A DNA stretch of 64,000 nt from Amoebidium appalachense (GCA_963693365.1 CAVNZM010000005.1:9156334-9220333); one strand, 5' to 3'; counted from the stretch's first letter, positions 23,502-43,415 are shown. Notes: generated by a model not told the origin, from the sequence alone. Made by a program: numbers and translations.

Positions 23502-24896
23502 TTAGGCCTCAACCTTGGACTTTTCCATAGCAACGGCGCTGGGGGCAGCATCGTCGTGGAGGGTGTTCTGGACGTACTTCATTGCGACGAACATGTAGAA
23601 GGGGATGGCGAATGTGAACATGCCCCAGTTAACAAACAGCTGCACGTGCCAGCCGGCATTGTTGTCCAGTTGCCAGGCCACGGCGGCAAATGCGGACTGG
23701 ATGCCCTTGTAGTAGCCGGTGTAGCGGGCAGACTGCGACAGGTCGTTGGTGATGGCACCCATGATCCAGTAGGCGTAGGTCTGCAGCATGGCGTCACAGG
23801 TACCATAGAGAAGGAAGCAGATGATGGGGTAGAGGTACATGCCACCGTCGGTGATGTCAATGCGCTTCTTGGCGGCAAGCTCGGGGGTGCATGCCGGGTT
23901 GGTGAGCTCACACTCGTAGCCGGGCTTGTCATAACCACCCTGCCAGCCGAGCTGAAGGTAGCAACCCAGACCCCAGGCAACGGTGAAGATAACAGCAAGG
24001 ATGGCACCACCAATGGTAGCGCGTCTCTTACGGGACATGGTGGGCCTGTCGAGGAACATTTGGCCAAAGACGAAGGCACCGAACATCTGTGAGGCCCAGT
24101 ACAGAGCGCTGTTGAGACCGCGGGCACGGATGGTGAAGAGAGCACCGTTGACAGCGTTGAACTGGTACGAGTAGAAGAAGTTGGAGGTGGCAAACAGGGG
24201 CGTCAGCATGATCATGTGTTTGTCCAAAAACATGAGGGCAACGTTCTTGAACTCTTCAAGAGGAGATGCAGCCTTCTCGAAGATAACGGCCTCACCATCC
24301 TCACGGACGACCGTGTTGGGGTTGACAAGGAGGAAGAAGGCGGCAATGGAGCCAACGGCCATGATGCCAGCGAAGGTGAAGTAGGTGGCAGCCGATGCAC
24401 CGCCAGATTCGGTGTGGAAGTTGACGGCAAACACGAGCAGACCACCGAGGCAGCCACCGAGGTTGAAGATGACCCAGAAGAGGGATATGTAGCTGCCCTT
24501 CTTCTCCTCGGGGGCATAGGCCATCATCATGGCACCCTGGGCCGTCCAGAACAGACCGGCACCAACACCAAGAAGACCGCCAGAGAGAATAGCAAGCCAG
24601 TTGAAGGCGGAGTCGTGACCTGCAACATACTGGCCAACAGCATAAAGCACGTAGGTGAGACCACCGCAGCCCATCAGAATCTTGTTGCCGTAGGAGCCGC
24701 ACAGGTTGAAGATCATGCCACCGAAGTAGCCGAAGATGGCAAAGCAGGCGTAGAGGGCCGTGTTGGCGTTGTTTGCGGTGGTTGCATCGGTGCTGCCGGC
24801 GCCGCCCAGACCGGACATGGCGTTGAACATGCCGGGGCATGCGAAGGCCAAGAAGGCCACAATGATGATTTGTACTTTCCCCGAATTTAGCCCCAT
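23502..24896 (-). CDS. UNC-93-like MFS membrane protein, copy A (464 aa, intronless)
   Basis: FACPGMFNAMSGLGGAG, GAGLFWTAQGAMMMAYAPEEKKGSYISLFWVIFNLG, SNFFYSYQFN, RARGLN and ARYTGYYKGIQSA are motifs of the fungal/plant/protist UNC-93-like family. ATG at 24896 assigned by alignment with copy B. Confidence 0.9.
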   Translation of the reverse strand: MGLNSGKVQIIIVAFLAFACPGMFNAMSGLGGAGSTDATTANNANTALYACFAIFGYFGGMIFNLCGSYGNKILMGCGGLTYVLYAVGQYVAGHDSAFNWLAILSGGLLGVGAGLFWTAQGAMMMAYAPEEKKGSYISLFWVIFNLGGCLGGLLVFAVNFHTESGGASAATYFTFAGIMAVGSIAAFFLLVNPNTVVREDGEAVIFEKAASPLEEFKNVALMFLDKHMIMLTPLFATSNFFYSYQFNAVNGALFTIRARGLNSALYWASQMFGAFVFGQMFLDRPTMSRKRRATIGGAILAVIFTVAWGLGCYLQLGWQGGYDKPGYECELTNPACTPELAAKKRIDITDGGMYLYPIICFLLYGTCDAMLQTYAYWIMGAITNDLSQSARYTGYYKGIQSAFAAVAWQLDNNAGWHVQLFVNWGMFTFAIPFYMFVAMKYVQNTLHDDAAPSAVAMEKSKVEA

Positions 24897-27134
24897 GTTG
24901 GCGGTTGTGTAATATGATTTCTTTGATGTACTCTTCAACTTGGTTGTTGATTTTCGAATACTGCAGCAAGCTAGTATGACTGGAAGTAGCCATTTGGTTG
25001 GAATATATAGTCGACAAGTCTACCGCAGATCTTGCATTAACCAATCACGCAAATCGGATCTGGGGTGTTTCTTGATGAATGATCTTCTACCAAGGAGAGA
25101 CAACGGATCTCTAGAGCACTGGCCGGTGCACTGGCAGCCTGCTACCTGACAGCACTGTGCGTGCCTGGCCAAGCGAGTCTGTGCCTCCAGGTTGCCGAGG
25201 GCTCTGCGAACGCACTAAAATGAAAAGGACAATATTTATAAGACAAAAAGATGCACGGTGAAAAGAAAGTACATTGTAATAAAAACTAGTCAAGAGAGTC
25301 TTCCGGGCTTCTCCCACTTTGGCCGGTGGGTCGCACCTGGGAAAGGAAAATGTGGCACTGTGTGGAATGCGCGCGGCCATTCAAGATGCGGCTAGCGCAT
25401 ACCTTTGCCAATTCCCATGTGCTCCGTTCGAAAGTGTGCACAAAAAAGTGTACAGAAAAGTTACCTGCGGGCGCCGGTATGGAACGGGGCGTCAACATGA
25501 CGTTGTGGTATGATTTATTTTCATTTCAGAACAGATTCTTTTACTTCCTTTTGCGGTGCCTATATAGGTATACAAATGTACATATACATCAACGATTTGC
25601 CCATCTAGCAGATGCCGCTTCATGGAATGTGACAGTAGCATTCCAACGATCTAGTAGGTAACGTGGTCTCAATATCCATTGGTTACTTTGTAAGGAATCT
25701 GCGTTTAACGACCAATCATATATGCCGATTTCCGATTGGCACATACACTCTGATGAACAGGGTGTGAAAGTTGTGTTGGGCAGCAGGCTTGCGCATTTGC
25801 GGATGCTGAGCTTGATATTGTAATATCACGTTCTTGAGACTCCAGCCTGGATGGCCCTGTATAACACGTCACCTACCGTTTTGAGGGCATTATATAAACA
25901 TGTTCCTCTGATACGCTACAGCATTAATGATTCACTTAACCTTAAAAGTCAGTAGGAGCACCTTTGAGGCATGTTGGTGGCCGTGGGCCATGGTGGCACC
26001 ACTTGACCCCCCACAATTTCCGAAGCCTGGTGAAAACAGCCAGCCGCTCAGTGCCCGCACCTGCAGGTACAGCGCTGCAGCAGGCACAGCAGGCACCGCA
26101 TCTGCTTTTGCCGACTGCCGAGGCCCCACACGGGCCCACAGCCCACCACCGGCCGCGCGCGGGCCCTGCCAAGCCAAGGCTGTTCATCGATATCACATCT
26201 GGTCATGCATGGCTGTGTGTGTAGAGAGATCGACACATTTTTGATTGCACAGCGACTGATAATCAGTCTACATATGCACGCACATGCTGCTTGTGTAGCA
26301 AACACGTATGCATGGAATATCGATGGTCAAATAAAAACACGGTCATGATTGCCTTATGTCGTATTGCAGTATTGTACAGCAGTGGTAGGTACACCAAAAG
26401 TACAGGTTATTTTACCTCTATGGGGATAATGGGCCAATTCGCTAATGATGTATACAATGAACTGTAGCAATTGAGCCCATTGATGTATACAAGCATGCAT
26501 ATGGGTGCAACGACACCGGGTGACTCGATTTCTGGTTACAGCATGTTGCCCATGTGTGTCACTTCGCCATTCCACACATATACATACAGGTTCATGATCA
26601 TTCGAAATGGCGGATCATCAATGGACAATACCAGGTACGTCACTGAGGGGGGATGTGCGTTGAGGGGGAAAGAGGGGAAGGGGGCCCGGGGGGAGGGGAG
26701 AGAGGGAGAGGGAGGGTCCAGGGGGGAGGGTGGAGGGGGGGGGGGGGAGGGTGGAGGAAGGGGGGGAGGTGGGGATGCTGGCTGAGATTCGAAGGAATCT
26801 CGATCTCTCAGATCTCGATCATCTACTGGCTGGTGCCACAACGCCTGCGGACACCTTCTGACAGAGCGGAAAAGAGTATGCAAGATATATTACTGTGTGG
26901 GTTGCTAATAGTATAGTTGCATTCTATGTGTGCGTGTTAGAGTGCGATATTATGCATATGTGATTCAAGGGTGAGTCCCAGTGGGTTGTCATTTGTCATG
27001 TTTTTTGTTTGGTTTTTTATGATGTCTGAAGGATTGTGCGAAAAGCTAGCGATAGTATCTCAAAAAATAACAAGATTGATGCGCGTATAGCTAATTAGCG
27101 AGGGGAACATTGTATACAACATAAATGGTTTGAA

Positions 27135-27232
27135 CGATCCGATTGGTCATAGCCTCCATACCATCTGGGGTATGCTCCCATGAAGGTGCCTTATAAAAAG
27201 GCCCACACCGACCCATTTTCATCATCAGTCAA
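27135..27232 (+). promoter_or_regulatory. CCAAT (reverse) + TATA + Inr-like core promoter of MFS copy B
   Basis: gattgg at 27141, tataaaa at 27192, tcagt at ~27225. Confidence 0.5.
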
Positions 27233-27314
27233 CAAATCTGCTCCCTGAAATAGGGATTACTCTGAAGCTCATAAATATTCTGTACCAGAGCCTTCGGGTG
27301 TAACACACGCCACC

Positions 27315-28709
27315 ATGGGGCTCAACGCGGGCAAAGTCCAAATCATCATTGTGTCCTTCCTGGCCTTCTCTTGCCCGGGCATGTTCAACGCCATGTCCGG
27401 TCTGGGCGGCGCCGGCAGCACTGACGCCACCACCGCAAACAACTCCAACACCGCCCTCTACGCCTGCTTTGCCATCTTCGGCTACTTCGGCGGCATGATC
27501 TTCAACCTGTGCGGCTCCTACGGCAACAAGATTCTGATGGGCTGTGGTGGTCTCACCTACGTGCTGTATGCTGTGGGCCAGTATGCTGCCGGCCACGACT
27601 CCGCCTTCAACTGGCTTGCTATTCTCTCTGGCGGTCTTCTTGGTGTTGGTGCCGGTCTGTTCTGGACGGCCCAGGGTGCCATGATGATGGCCTATGCCCC
27701 CGAGGAGAAGAAGGGCAGCTACATATCCCTCTTCTGGGTCATCTTCAACCTCGGTGGCTGCCTCGGTGGTCTGCTCGTGTTTGCCGTCAACTTCCACACC
27801 GAATCTGGCGGTGCATCGGCTGCCACCTACTTCACCTTCGCTGGCATCATGGCCATTGGCTCCATTGCCGCCTTCTTCCTCCTTGTCAACCCCAACACGG
27901 TCGTCCGTGAGGATGGTGAGGCCGTTATCTTCGAGAAGGCTGCATCTCCTCTTGAAGAGTTCAAGAACGTTGCCCTCATGTTCTTGGACAAACACATGCT
28001 GCTGCTGACGCCCCTGTTTGCCACCTCCAACTTCTTCTACTCGTACCAGTTCAACGCCGTCAATGGTGCTCTCTTCACCATCCGTGCCCGCGGTCTCAAC
28101 AGCGCTCTGTACTGGGCCTCACAGATGTTTGGTGCTTTCCTCTTCGGCAAGATGTTCCTCGACCAGCCCTCCATGTCCCGCAAGAAGCGCGCCACCCTCG
28201 GTGGTATGATCCTGGCCGCCCTTTTCACCGTCGCCTGGGGTCTGGGTTGTTACCTTCAGCTCGGCTGGATGGGTGGTTATGACAAGCCCGGTTATGAGTG
28301 CGACCCCAAGAACGCCAACTGCCCCGCTGACCTTGCCGCCAAGAAGCGCATTGACATCACAGACGGCGGCATGTACATCTACCCCATCCTCTGCTTCCTC
28401 CTGTACGGTATGGGTGATGCCATGCTGCAGACCTACGCCTACTGGATCATGGGTGCCATCACCAACGACCTGTCCCAGTCTGCGCGCTACACCGGTTACT
28501 ACAAGGGCATCCAGTCTGCATTTGCCGCCGTGGCCTGGCAGTTGGACAACAATGCCGGCTGGCACGTGCAGCTGTTTGTCAACTGGGGCATGTTCACGCT
28601 GGCCATCCCCTTCTACATGTTCGTCGCAATGAAGCACGTCCAGAACACCCTCCGCGACGATGCAACGGCACCCAGCGCTGTTGCTATGGAGAAGAAGGGC
28701 GAGTATTAA
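27315..28709 (+). CDS. UNC-93-like MFS membrane protein, copy B (464 aa, intronless)
   Basis: Same motifs and length as copy A; caccATGg start; strong GC3 bias. Confidence 0.9.
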   Translation: MGLNAGKVQIIIVSFLAFSCPGMFNAMSGLGGAGSTDATTANNSNTALYACFAIFGYFGGMIFNLCGSYGNKILMGCGGLTYVLYAVGQYAAGHDSAFNWLAILSGGLLGVGAGLFWTAQGAMMMAYAPEEKKGSYISLFWVIFNLGGCLGGLLVFAVNFHTESGGASAATYFTFAGIMAIGSIAAFFLLVNPNTVVREDGEAVIFEKAASPLEEFKNVALMFLDKHMLLLTPLFATSNFFYSYQFNAVNGALFTIRARGLNSALYWASQMFGAFLFGKMFLDQPSMSRKKRATLGGMILAALFTVAWGLGCYLQLGWMGGYDKPGYECDPKNANCPADLAAKKRIDITDGGMYIYPILCFLLYGMGDAMLQTYAYWIMGAITNDLSQSARYTGYYKGIQSAFAAVAWQLDNNAGWHVQLFVNWGMFTLAIPFYMFVAMKHVQNTLRDDATAPSAVAMEKKGEY

Positions 28710-29129
28710 CAGTGACTCTCGGTTCCGGTGAAAGAAAAATGCGCTAGTTATGTTACACCTTTTTAAAATTTTAATGGTCGTGGTTACTGTGCAAGGTGCC
28801 ACTCTTGCCACATCGATGTTGTTGTAATGCACGAATTAATGTACTTCACCGTCGCGGAACAAAGTATTTTAAAATGTATTTTTATGTGTACCGTAACAGC
28901 AAGTACAACACATGTGAGCACGCAGGAAGTGCAGCAACACGCAATCAACAGTTACTGCTACGGTACCACAACGTCGGGTAGTCAGTGCCTGATATAGTGT
29001 TCCCCAGATCCTTAAATAAAATCATTTTCAGAACTCTCTGAGTGTGATAGTGATGGCATAAAAACGGTGACTGCTCAAAAGCACTATGAAATGCACACCA
29101 CACCGGACCGATTGCACTGTTGATGCATG

Positions 29130-29870
29130 CGCGCAGTGACGGCACTTGATACACCTACCTGCACACAGTGATGACATGCAGAATTTTTTATGCATGCACA
29201 CATAAACGCCATAAACCTCTTGAAGACAGTGGCGACATAGACCGTCTTGCAAACAGTAACAACATGCAAAACACACGCACACAGTGGCGCTATACATACA
29301 GAATACATGTGGCACACAGTGACGGCATATGCAAAACATGCACAAAGTGACGGCAGCCACCGTCCTGCACACAGTAACGACATACAAAACACATGCACGC
29401 TGACGAGATAAACAGGCTGCATGCGCATAGTGTCGACATAAAGGACACATGCACACACTGCTAGTGACAACTCAGCACAGGACACATGCACACTGTACTA
29501 GTGACGACATATGACACGTGCACACAGTACAGTAGTGTCGACATCTGCAGGACACATGCACACACTGCTAGTGACAATTCAGTACGTATACAGGACACAT
29601 GCACACAGTACTAGTGACGACATACAGAACACATGCACAAAACTAATCACATGCACACAGTACAGTAGTGTAGACATACAGGACACTTGCACACAAAACT
29701 AATCACATACACACAGTACTAGTGACGACATACAGGTCACATCCACACAAAACTAATCACATGCACACAGTACTAGGGACGACCTGCAGAACAAGTGCAC
29801 ACAGTGGCGATATTTCACCATACATACATACACGAACACATGTACACAGTGACGGTGTACAGGTCATATG
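29130..29870. repeat. Degenerate ~30-bp minisatellite (gcacacagt(actagt)gacgacatacaggacacat)
   Basis: Recurring cacagtg-cgacata-acacatgcac blocks, with higher-order aaaactaatcacat variants at ~29640, ~29696 and ~29750. Confidence 0.8.
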
Positions 29871-30464
29871 TTGAATGCCACGTGCTAGCAGCAACAGCAT
29901 AGATCTCACATGCATCCACAGAGTGACTGTGCATTGCATTGTACGCCCGACAAAGTGTTACGGTGACCATGCATACACATAAACCATTGTATGCACACTT
30001 CAAAACATCTGTGTGTGTGTGTGTGTGTGTGTATTGTGTGTGCGTGTGTGTGTGCGCGCGCGCGCGTGTGTGTGTGGGTTGGGCCCTCCGGTGGGGGGGT
30101 AAGGGGGTGGCAGGGGGGGGGGGGGGGGGGGGGGGAGGGGGGGGGGCAGGCATCTTGTAGTACACTGTGCTAAAACCATTATAACTCGCTATAATGCAGC
30201 AGGTGTTTTGTGAAAAAAGAAGCTGCTGGCCCTGGTCTCTCAGCCTTCCCCTCCCCCCCTCCCCCCTCCCCCCTCCCCCCTCCCCCCCCCCCCCCCCCCC
30301 CCCGGGCACACACACACACCCTCACACACCCACACCCACACACCCAACACCTCGCAAAGGAAAGAAAGATGTGTATGTATAGCCAGGTGAAAAGCCTTGA
30401 GCTTTCAAGGGGAAGGGCACCGGCTGAGTTGCGCAGGGCAGGAGCTGGGGGCGCCGGGGCGGGG

Positions 30465-30520
<56 letters not shown>

Positions 30521-30715
30521 CGGGGAAGCCAGGGTGGGTGGGTGGTGGGGGGAGGGGGGGGGGGGGGGGGGGGGGTGGGGGAGGAGGGGGGGGGGGGGGG
30601 GAGGGGGGAGGGGGGTGGAGGGGACTCGGACCGTCCCCTAGAAAGCTGACAGGTTTTTGTCTGGCTCCACCAACACAACTTCGAGCAAGCTTCGGACTTG
30701 CATGTATTGGACCCG

Positions 30716-30792
<77 letters not shown>

Positions 30793-31010
30793 AAAGAGGA
30801 AAAAACGAGACAAACATGTCAGACGTAACAAAAAAAGAAAAAGGAAACTTTTAAAAAGTAAGGCAAAGCTGGGAAACGTTAATTTATAAACACAGAACAC
30901 GGAACGGGCAGTCATACCATGGAATAGTATAACCAGTGACACCAGTGGCACAAGTAATGAGCAGGTACGAGCAAAATCTTGCCAATGAACAGCTGGAGAG
31001 CCATTCACCC

Positions 31011-31045
<35 letters not shown>

Positions 31046-32118
31046 GTTGTTGAAGGAAAAGTGCATGGGGGGAGGGGAGGGAGGGGGGGAGGGGGAGAGG
31101 CCGGAATGGGGAGGGGAAGGGGTCGAGAGGGGGGGGGGGGGGGGAGTGGGGGAAGGGAATGAGCCCATTATGGGAGGGTTGGGATTGAGGGTTGGTGAGG
31201 ATCATACGAAAGGGGCGGTGGGGGGAGGGGAGGAGGGGGGGGGGGGGGGGGGAGGAGAGAGAGAGTCTCTAAGAGAGAGAGAGACAGGCTAAGGCAATGG
31301 GACGGTAAGACTTCAAGTTCAAATTGGTGAACTACTCAGGTTACATTTGTGCTCGTGCAATGACAATGTACGGACCCCACCCCAACTGGCGATTTGTGCA
31401 ATGATAGTGCCCTGCAGGAAAAGGGGCCTGCAAGTGGGTGGGTGGGTGGGGAGAGAGGGGTGGGTGGGTGGGTGAGGGTTGGGGGGGGGGGGGGAGGAAG
31501 CTGTAATGCGGTGGAGAAAAAGAACAGGAAGGCCAAGAAAAGCACTGATTCAACACGAGGCAACTAATCCCTTATTTAAAATCAGTGACACTAAAAGATG
31601 TGTGCAGGTAGCATACACCTTTAACAGAGCCAATAATCCGTGGGGAAGGAGGGGGGGGGAGGGAGGGGTTTAGGAAAAAAGCAGGGGGAGGGGGGAGGTG
31701 GGAATGGAGCCGGCGCGGCCCCTGGGGTGGGGGGGCAGGGGGAGGGAGGGGGGAGGGGGGGAGGGGGCAGGGCCTCTGAGTTTGGGATGGTGCTGCAAGT
31801 ACCCTACACGCAGGTTGCGCTCAGCCCCTGAGCATCGAATTTGAATGTGTGTCTGTGTATATACATGGCCGGGAAAGGGGGGGAGGGGGGGGGGAGACTT
31901 GATCGCACACTCTAGCTTCATTAATGTGTATGTGCAGGCGTGTGTGTTACGGAAAATACGTGCTTCTGTCTGTGTGTGTGTGTGTGTGTGTGCATGTGTC
32001 TGTGTGTGTGTATGTGCATGTTGAAAGGCTGGAAAGTTTATTTCATATTCACCGTGCACTCAGCGACTACAAGCCTGCAACACGTCTATTTTCAGCATAT
32101 GCCGATGATGGCATACAT

Positions 32119-32168
<50 letters not shown>

Positions 32169-32227
32169 CCACCACCACCACCACCACCACCACCACCAAC
32201 ACCACCACCGCCACCCTCCATTCCTCA

Positions 32228-32258
<31 letters not shown>

Positions 32259-32389
32259 CCCCTCCTGCACACAATTATGCACACTGTTTCTGGTCTCACC
32301 TAGGGTATTATCTACGTGCATAATATTGAACCAAATAAAGAGATCGGATGATACTACGCGTGTCTAAGTATATAAAGATCAGCTAGCAA

Positions 32390-33367
32390 TTAACAAGAAC
32401 TATCTACAGGCAAAACGATGGGTGCATTGTCCTTAAACACCTGCGCCCAACGAGGGTTTTCCTTTGCAAACAGGAAGCTAGCAATGCATTCATTCACATA
32501 TTCCGAATGTTCGCACATTGGTGACGTGCTACATCTTCTCAAAAACTCGCTCGGGTCCTTCTGCGCAAGTGCAAGAAGTGAATTTGTTGCGGTGGCAAAG
32601 TACACAAACGGTTCAATCACATACACACCAGGCCTCTCACTGTCGTATACTTTCGTCAGTTGGGACATCCCATAGCACCTCAACTGCCTAAGTGGGACCA
32701 TGGGACCCAATTTTTGAAATTCCGCGCGCACCATTCCCCCATCAAATGTACGTAACGCAGCATTGACTGTATGCGGGGCCGTGACCCCATTCTGCCCGTT
32801 AAAGGATTGGGTGGTGTTAAGCCTTTCAACGCAGCAGAGTGTAATTCTAACTTTCACATTTCGCTCTCTGTAAAGCGCCTTCACAATAGAAGAAGTAAGG
32901 CCAGCAGAGATCCTTTGTGGGTCATCAAACCCACCTACCATTTGCACTTCCACCTCGCGGTCATCCTGTGCAGGAAGTGAGTCCATACTCGCGGTGGGAT
33001 CGCTGAAAACCTCGCATATGAGTTTCTTTATGTCGGCTTCCGCACTTGCCGCACTGTCCAAGTGTGCAAACGCCAAGGTACCTGTTGCACACCTTCTCAT
33101 GGAAATCATGTGGCAGGTGGTGGCGTTAACACTCCCAACGAATTCCACTGTGTGCACACTGTAGTTGGGGAGCTGTGGGCGTATGATTGCATATTCCTTC
33201 TGCAAAACGCACAAAGAGGATTCCTTTGGGAGGGTGGTGGTTGCTGAGTTCGAGAACGCTTCGCACTTTTTTGCGTTCTCTACTTCGTTGTAGATGAAGG
33301 TGGTGATGTCCTCGGGGAAGAGAGACAAGGTGTTGCGTGGGAAAGGGGTTTCATTTAGGAGCAACAT
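32390..33367 (-). CDS. NTAN1: Protein N-terminal asparagine amidohydrolase (N-degron pathway), intronless
   Basis: VLQKEYA, VGSVNATTCHM (cf. GSDDATTCH), AHLD, MVGGFDD, GPMVPLR and STSPMCE match the NTAN1/PNAD family. Confidence 0.85.
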   Translation of the reverse strand: MLLLNETPFPRNTLSLFPEDITTFIYNEVENAKKCEAFSNSATTTLPKESSLCVLQKEYAIIRPQLPNYSVHTVEFVGSVNATTCHMISMRRCATGTLAFAHLDSAASAEADIKKLICEVFSDPTASMDSLPAQDDREVEVQMVGGFDDPQRISAGLTSSIVKALYRERNVKVRITLCCVERLNTTQSFNGQNGVTAPHTVNAALRTFDGGMVRAEFQKLGPMVPLRQLRCYGMSQLTKVYDSERPGVYVIEPFVYFATATNSLLALAQKDPSEFLRRCSTSPMCEHSEYVNECIASFLFAKENPRWAQVFKDNAPIVLPVDSSC

Positions 33368-34520
33368 GTTCTATGAATTATGAGCTAGCAATATAAAGTG
33401 GAGGACAAGGCGAAGGTTGAATGACGGCTACAGCCGAGTTTTTGTTTTCTTCTAGGCCTAGGACAAGTTTGTGTTTGCCTGCCAGCCTGCTGCCTCAGTA
33501 AGTCAGAGTTACCGTCTTTCAAGTACGTACCGACCCCCTAGACTCACCCAAAACGCGGCCCAACTTCCGAGCATATGCTATTTCTATTAGCTGGAGATTT
33601 ATAAAAGCAGTATGTATGTATACATAATGCTGGCAAGTGTTTGTTCGAATGTAGAAGAGAAATATAAGTATATATAAGAGTTACCTTCTTGTTTCCTTTC
33701 TGAATTAGAGCGTATGCATGTGAGAATAATTGACTCGTCATCCGTTTTGGGACAACTCCCCAAACTGTAAACAGTGCGAAGGTCAAATATAATTGGTTCG
33801 GAAGGGATCACAAGCAATTTACACGAATGACTATCTATCTAATTACAAAGTATTTTTTTAAAGATATCTCTCTTGTCTGGTCATCGATCGTGGCCATATG
33901 CCAAGTAAGGGTGGCAAGATCGTTTGCATACGAATTTTTCGGAAACTCATCGGTTAATTAATAATAATAATAATAAATAAATAAATAAATAAAAAAATAA
34001 AAATAAAAAAAAAAAAAACTCTCTAACAACTTTGAACACGTGAAGATTGTCAGGTGCAAACAATATACTACCGTTTATTGAGAAGACAAGGATGCCGCTT
34101 ATCACGTGGACGTTTCAAACCACGAACTCAGATATACGTCAGTTCGAGCCGCTTCGGCAGAAAACTAATCAAAGCTCATAGGATTCAAAACATCCAATAT
34201 AGACATATCTACACAACACAACGTTAGACCATTTGGTCTCATAACTTATTAACATATCTGTATTTCGGCTTACGAGTTCGTCATCCGTACAGAAAAATAA
34301 GGGGATCAGCATTCCCATGGACCCCACAATCCTATTGGCTGGTAGTAGGCTCATAGAGAACACACGGAATCTCTGGTAAACCTAGCCTAACCGGAAATTT
34401 TACATACACCTTTCATTGCAACAGTATCCCAGTATGTCACAATATAATATTCATTCTCAAACATTCATTCCAATACCTGTGCATGCATTTAATCAATTTA
34501 TCTACTCTAACCTTGCCTTT

Positions 34521-41346
<6,826 letters not shown>

Positions 41347-41362
41347 GATGATGGAGGTGTGT

Positions 41363-41420
<58 letters not shown>

Positions 41421-43331
41421 GGGGGGTGGGTGGATGGGTGGGTGGGTGGGTGGGTCGAGGGGGGGGGGGGGGGGGGGAGGGGAGAGTGTATTGATGTTGA
41501 CGATGGTGGTGATGGAGACGAGGGAGGAGAGGGGGGGAGGGGGAGGGGGGAAGAAGAGTGGACCTTTGGTGTGTGATGGAATCACCGGCTTTTTAGTGCA
41601 CGAGTACGGTTGAAAAAAATCATACGTTACTAATGGATGGCAGTTATTTCCGTGCGTGTTTCTCCTTGAATGAGGCGTGTGGCACACGTACGTGTGTGTA
41701 TGTACATATGTGTGTGTGCGTGCGAACGTAATGCGCGTGCACGGTGCACACCGTGGGAAAGTTCGAACTTTCGTCTGTATGACTGTCGAGACTCGTCATC
41801 ATGATCATGTGATCTCATGATTCTATTTTTAGCTGCAAAGCCGGTTCGGTCCGATAAAATAATCCAATAAGATGACCTTTACGCACATTCTACAAATTCC
41901 ATTTGCATTCCAACCAAAAAGGTCTAAGTATTATTAAAACAGCCTTGGCTTCCGCAGCGTTCCGCTGAGGCAGCTGCGCATAGCGAAGTGCTACAAACCA
42001 TACAGACTTGAAAACACTGTAAACGTCCTCGCCCGTGTAGTGTACACGAGATGGCACGCACGCACGAGGTTAGCGTATACGTGGAAAAGAGAGTTTGGCA
42101 GCATGACTACATAGTCATATGAGGTCCTACATAGTGGCAAGGCATTGAAATCACCAGAGCGTTAATTTGACCTGGCTCGGTTGTCTGAATGATCTGGGAT
42201 GTGATGACACGCATCTAGTGAAAAGGAAGTGTGCTTAGGTGACAATGCAAGGCTGATAATAAGAGCATGGGCTTACTCTATGCCACATAGAGTAAGGCAC
42301 GCCTAAACATAGCTAACCCTTAGGTCACTTGCATTCGTACAATTAAAAACGCTTATAGGCCGCACTCGTGATTTCAAAGGTCAAAATGCTCCTGGGACTG
42401 ACAGACTACCGAGTTCCCCCATTTTTAGGAGACTTTCTGGCAAGCCCGAAATCAAACTGCAAACAATACCAGACCGGTTACACCGAAGGAAAATGAGGCA
42501 ACCTCATAGGTGAATTTGTAACATCATGTTGCGATGACATACATGGGGCACGGCGGGTGATCGTTGCCCTTCCTCTCTAGCTAGCTTACATACTACCTAG
42601 AGCTGATATTTTCGGAACCTTTCACCGTGCTGACCAAAGGTACACGAACATGAGATCCAGCAGCCAAGCGCAGAACTCACCAGCTACACAAAACGGCGAC
42701 ATGGCATCGACTTCACGCTTAGAGCTTTTAGGGCAGCCGCAATCATTTGTAAACCCCCCATCGCATAACCACACTCACGAACAGCACCATAAAAAAAATG
42801 ATTCCAAGCATGAAGAAAAGAAAGCGCATCATTCCACTACGGACAACTTCGAACCATCCGCATATAAGAATTCTTTCCCATCTTCACCGCTGAAATATCT
42901 GAACAGCAAATTTTCGACGGGGTCAACCTTCAGTGTAGGTGCAGAGAGTAGATGAGATGGGGTTGGAGGCAATCGGAGCCGATCTGGCAGCCTATGCAAA
43001 GAGATAACGACCAGAGCGAGTACTCCATTTACGATGATCCGGTAAGTGATTTCTGACTACTATTGACTTCTGGGACCCCTTTGATTCTCTAAGCTTAAGT
43101 TCTGCTAAGGCTTACAAGACCCTCCCCCCCCCCCCCCCTCCCCCCCCCCCCCCCCACACACACACACACACACTCCCCCACCCCCCCCTGCACCCTGCCG
43201 CCTCCCTCAACTCATCACCCTCATAATTTATGTGCTCGTTAGTGTGTGCATTCCCTTTAATAAATGTTGACATAGCATTCTTCGCTTTGTGTCTGCACGA
43301 CTTTATCATCTACGTTTTACACTCGGTCGCC

Positions 43332-43370
<39 letters not shown>

Positions 43371-43378
43371 CACCCTCG

Positions 43379-43415
<37 letters not shown>

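Noticed and set aside
23556-28832. Long antisense and alternate-frame ORFs over the MFS genes (e.g. 24216-24890, 27225-27995, 28119-28832)
   Set aside because: Expected shadows of high-GC3 coding sequence, with no independent motifs.
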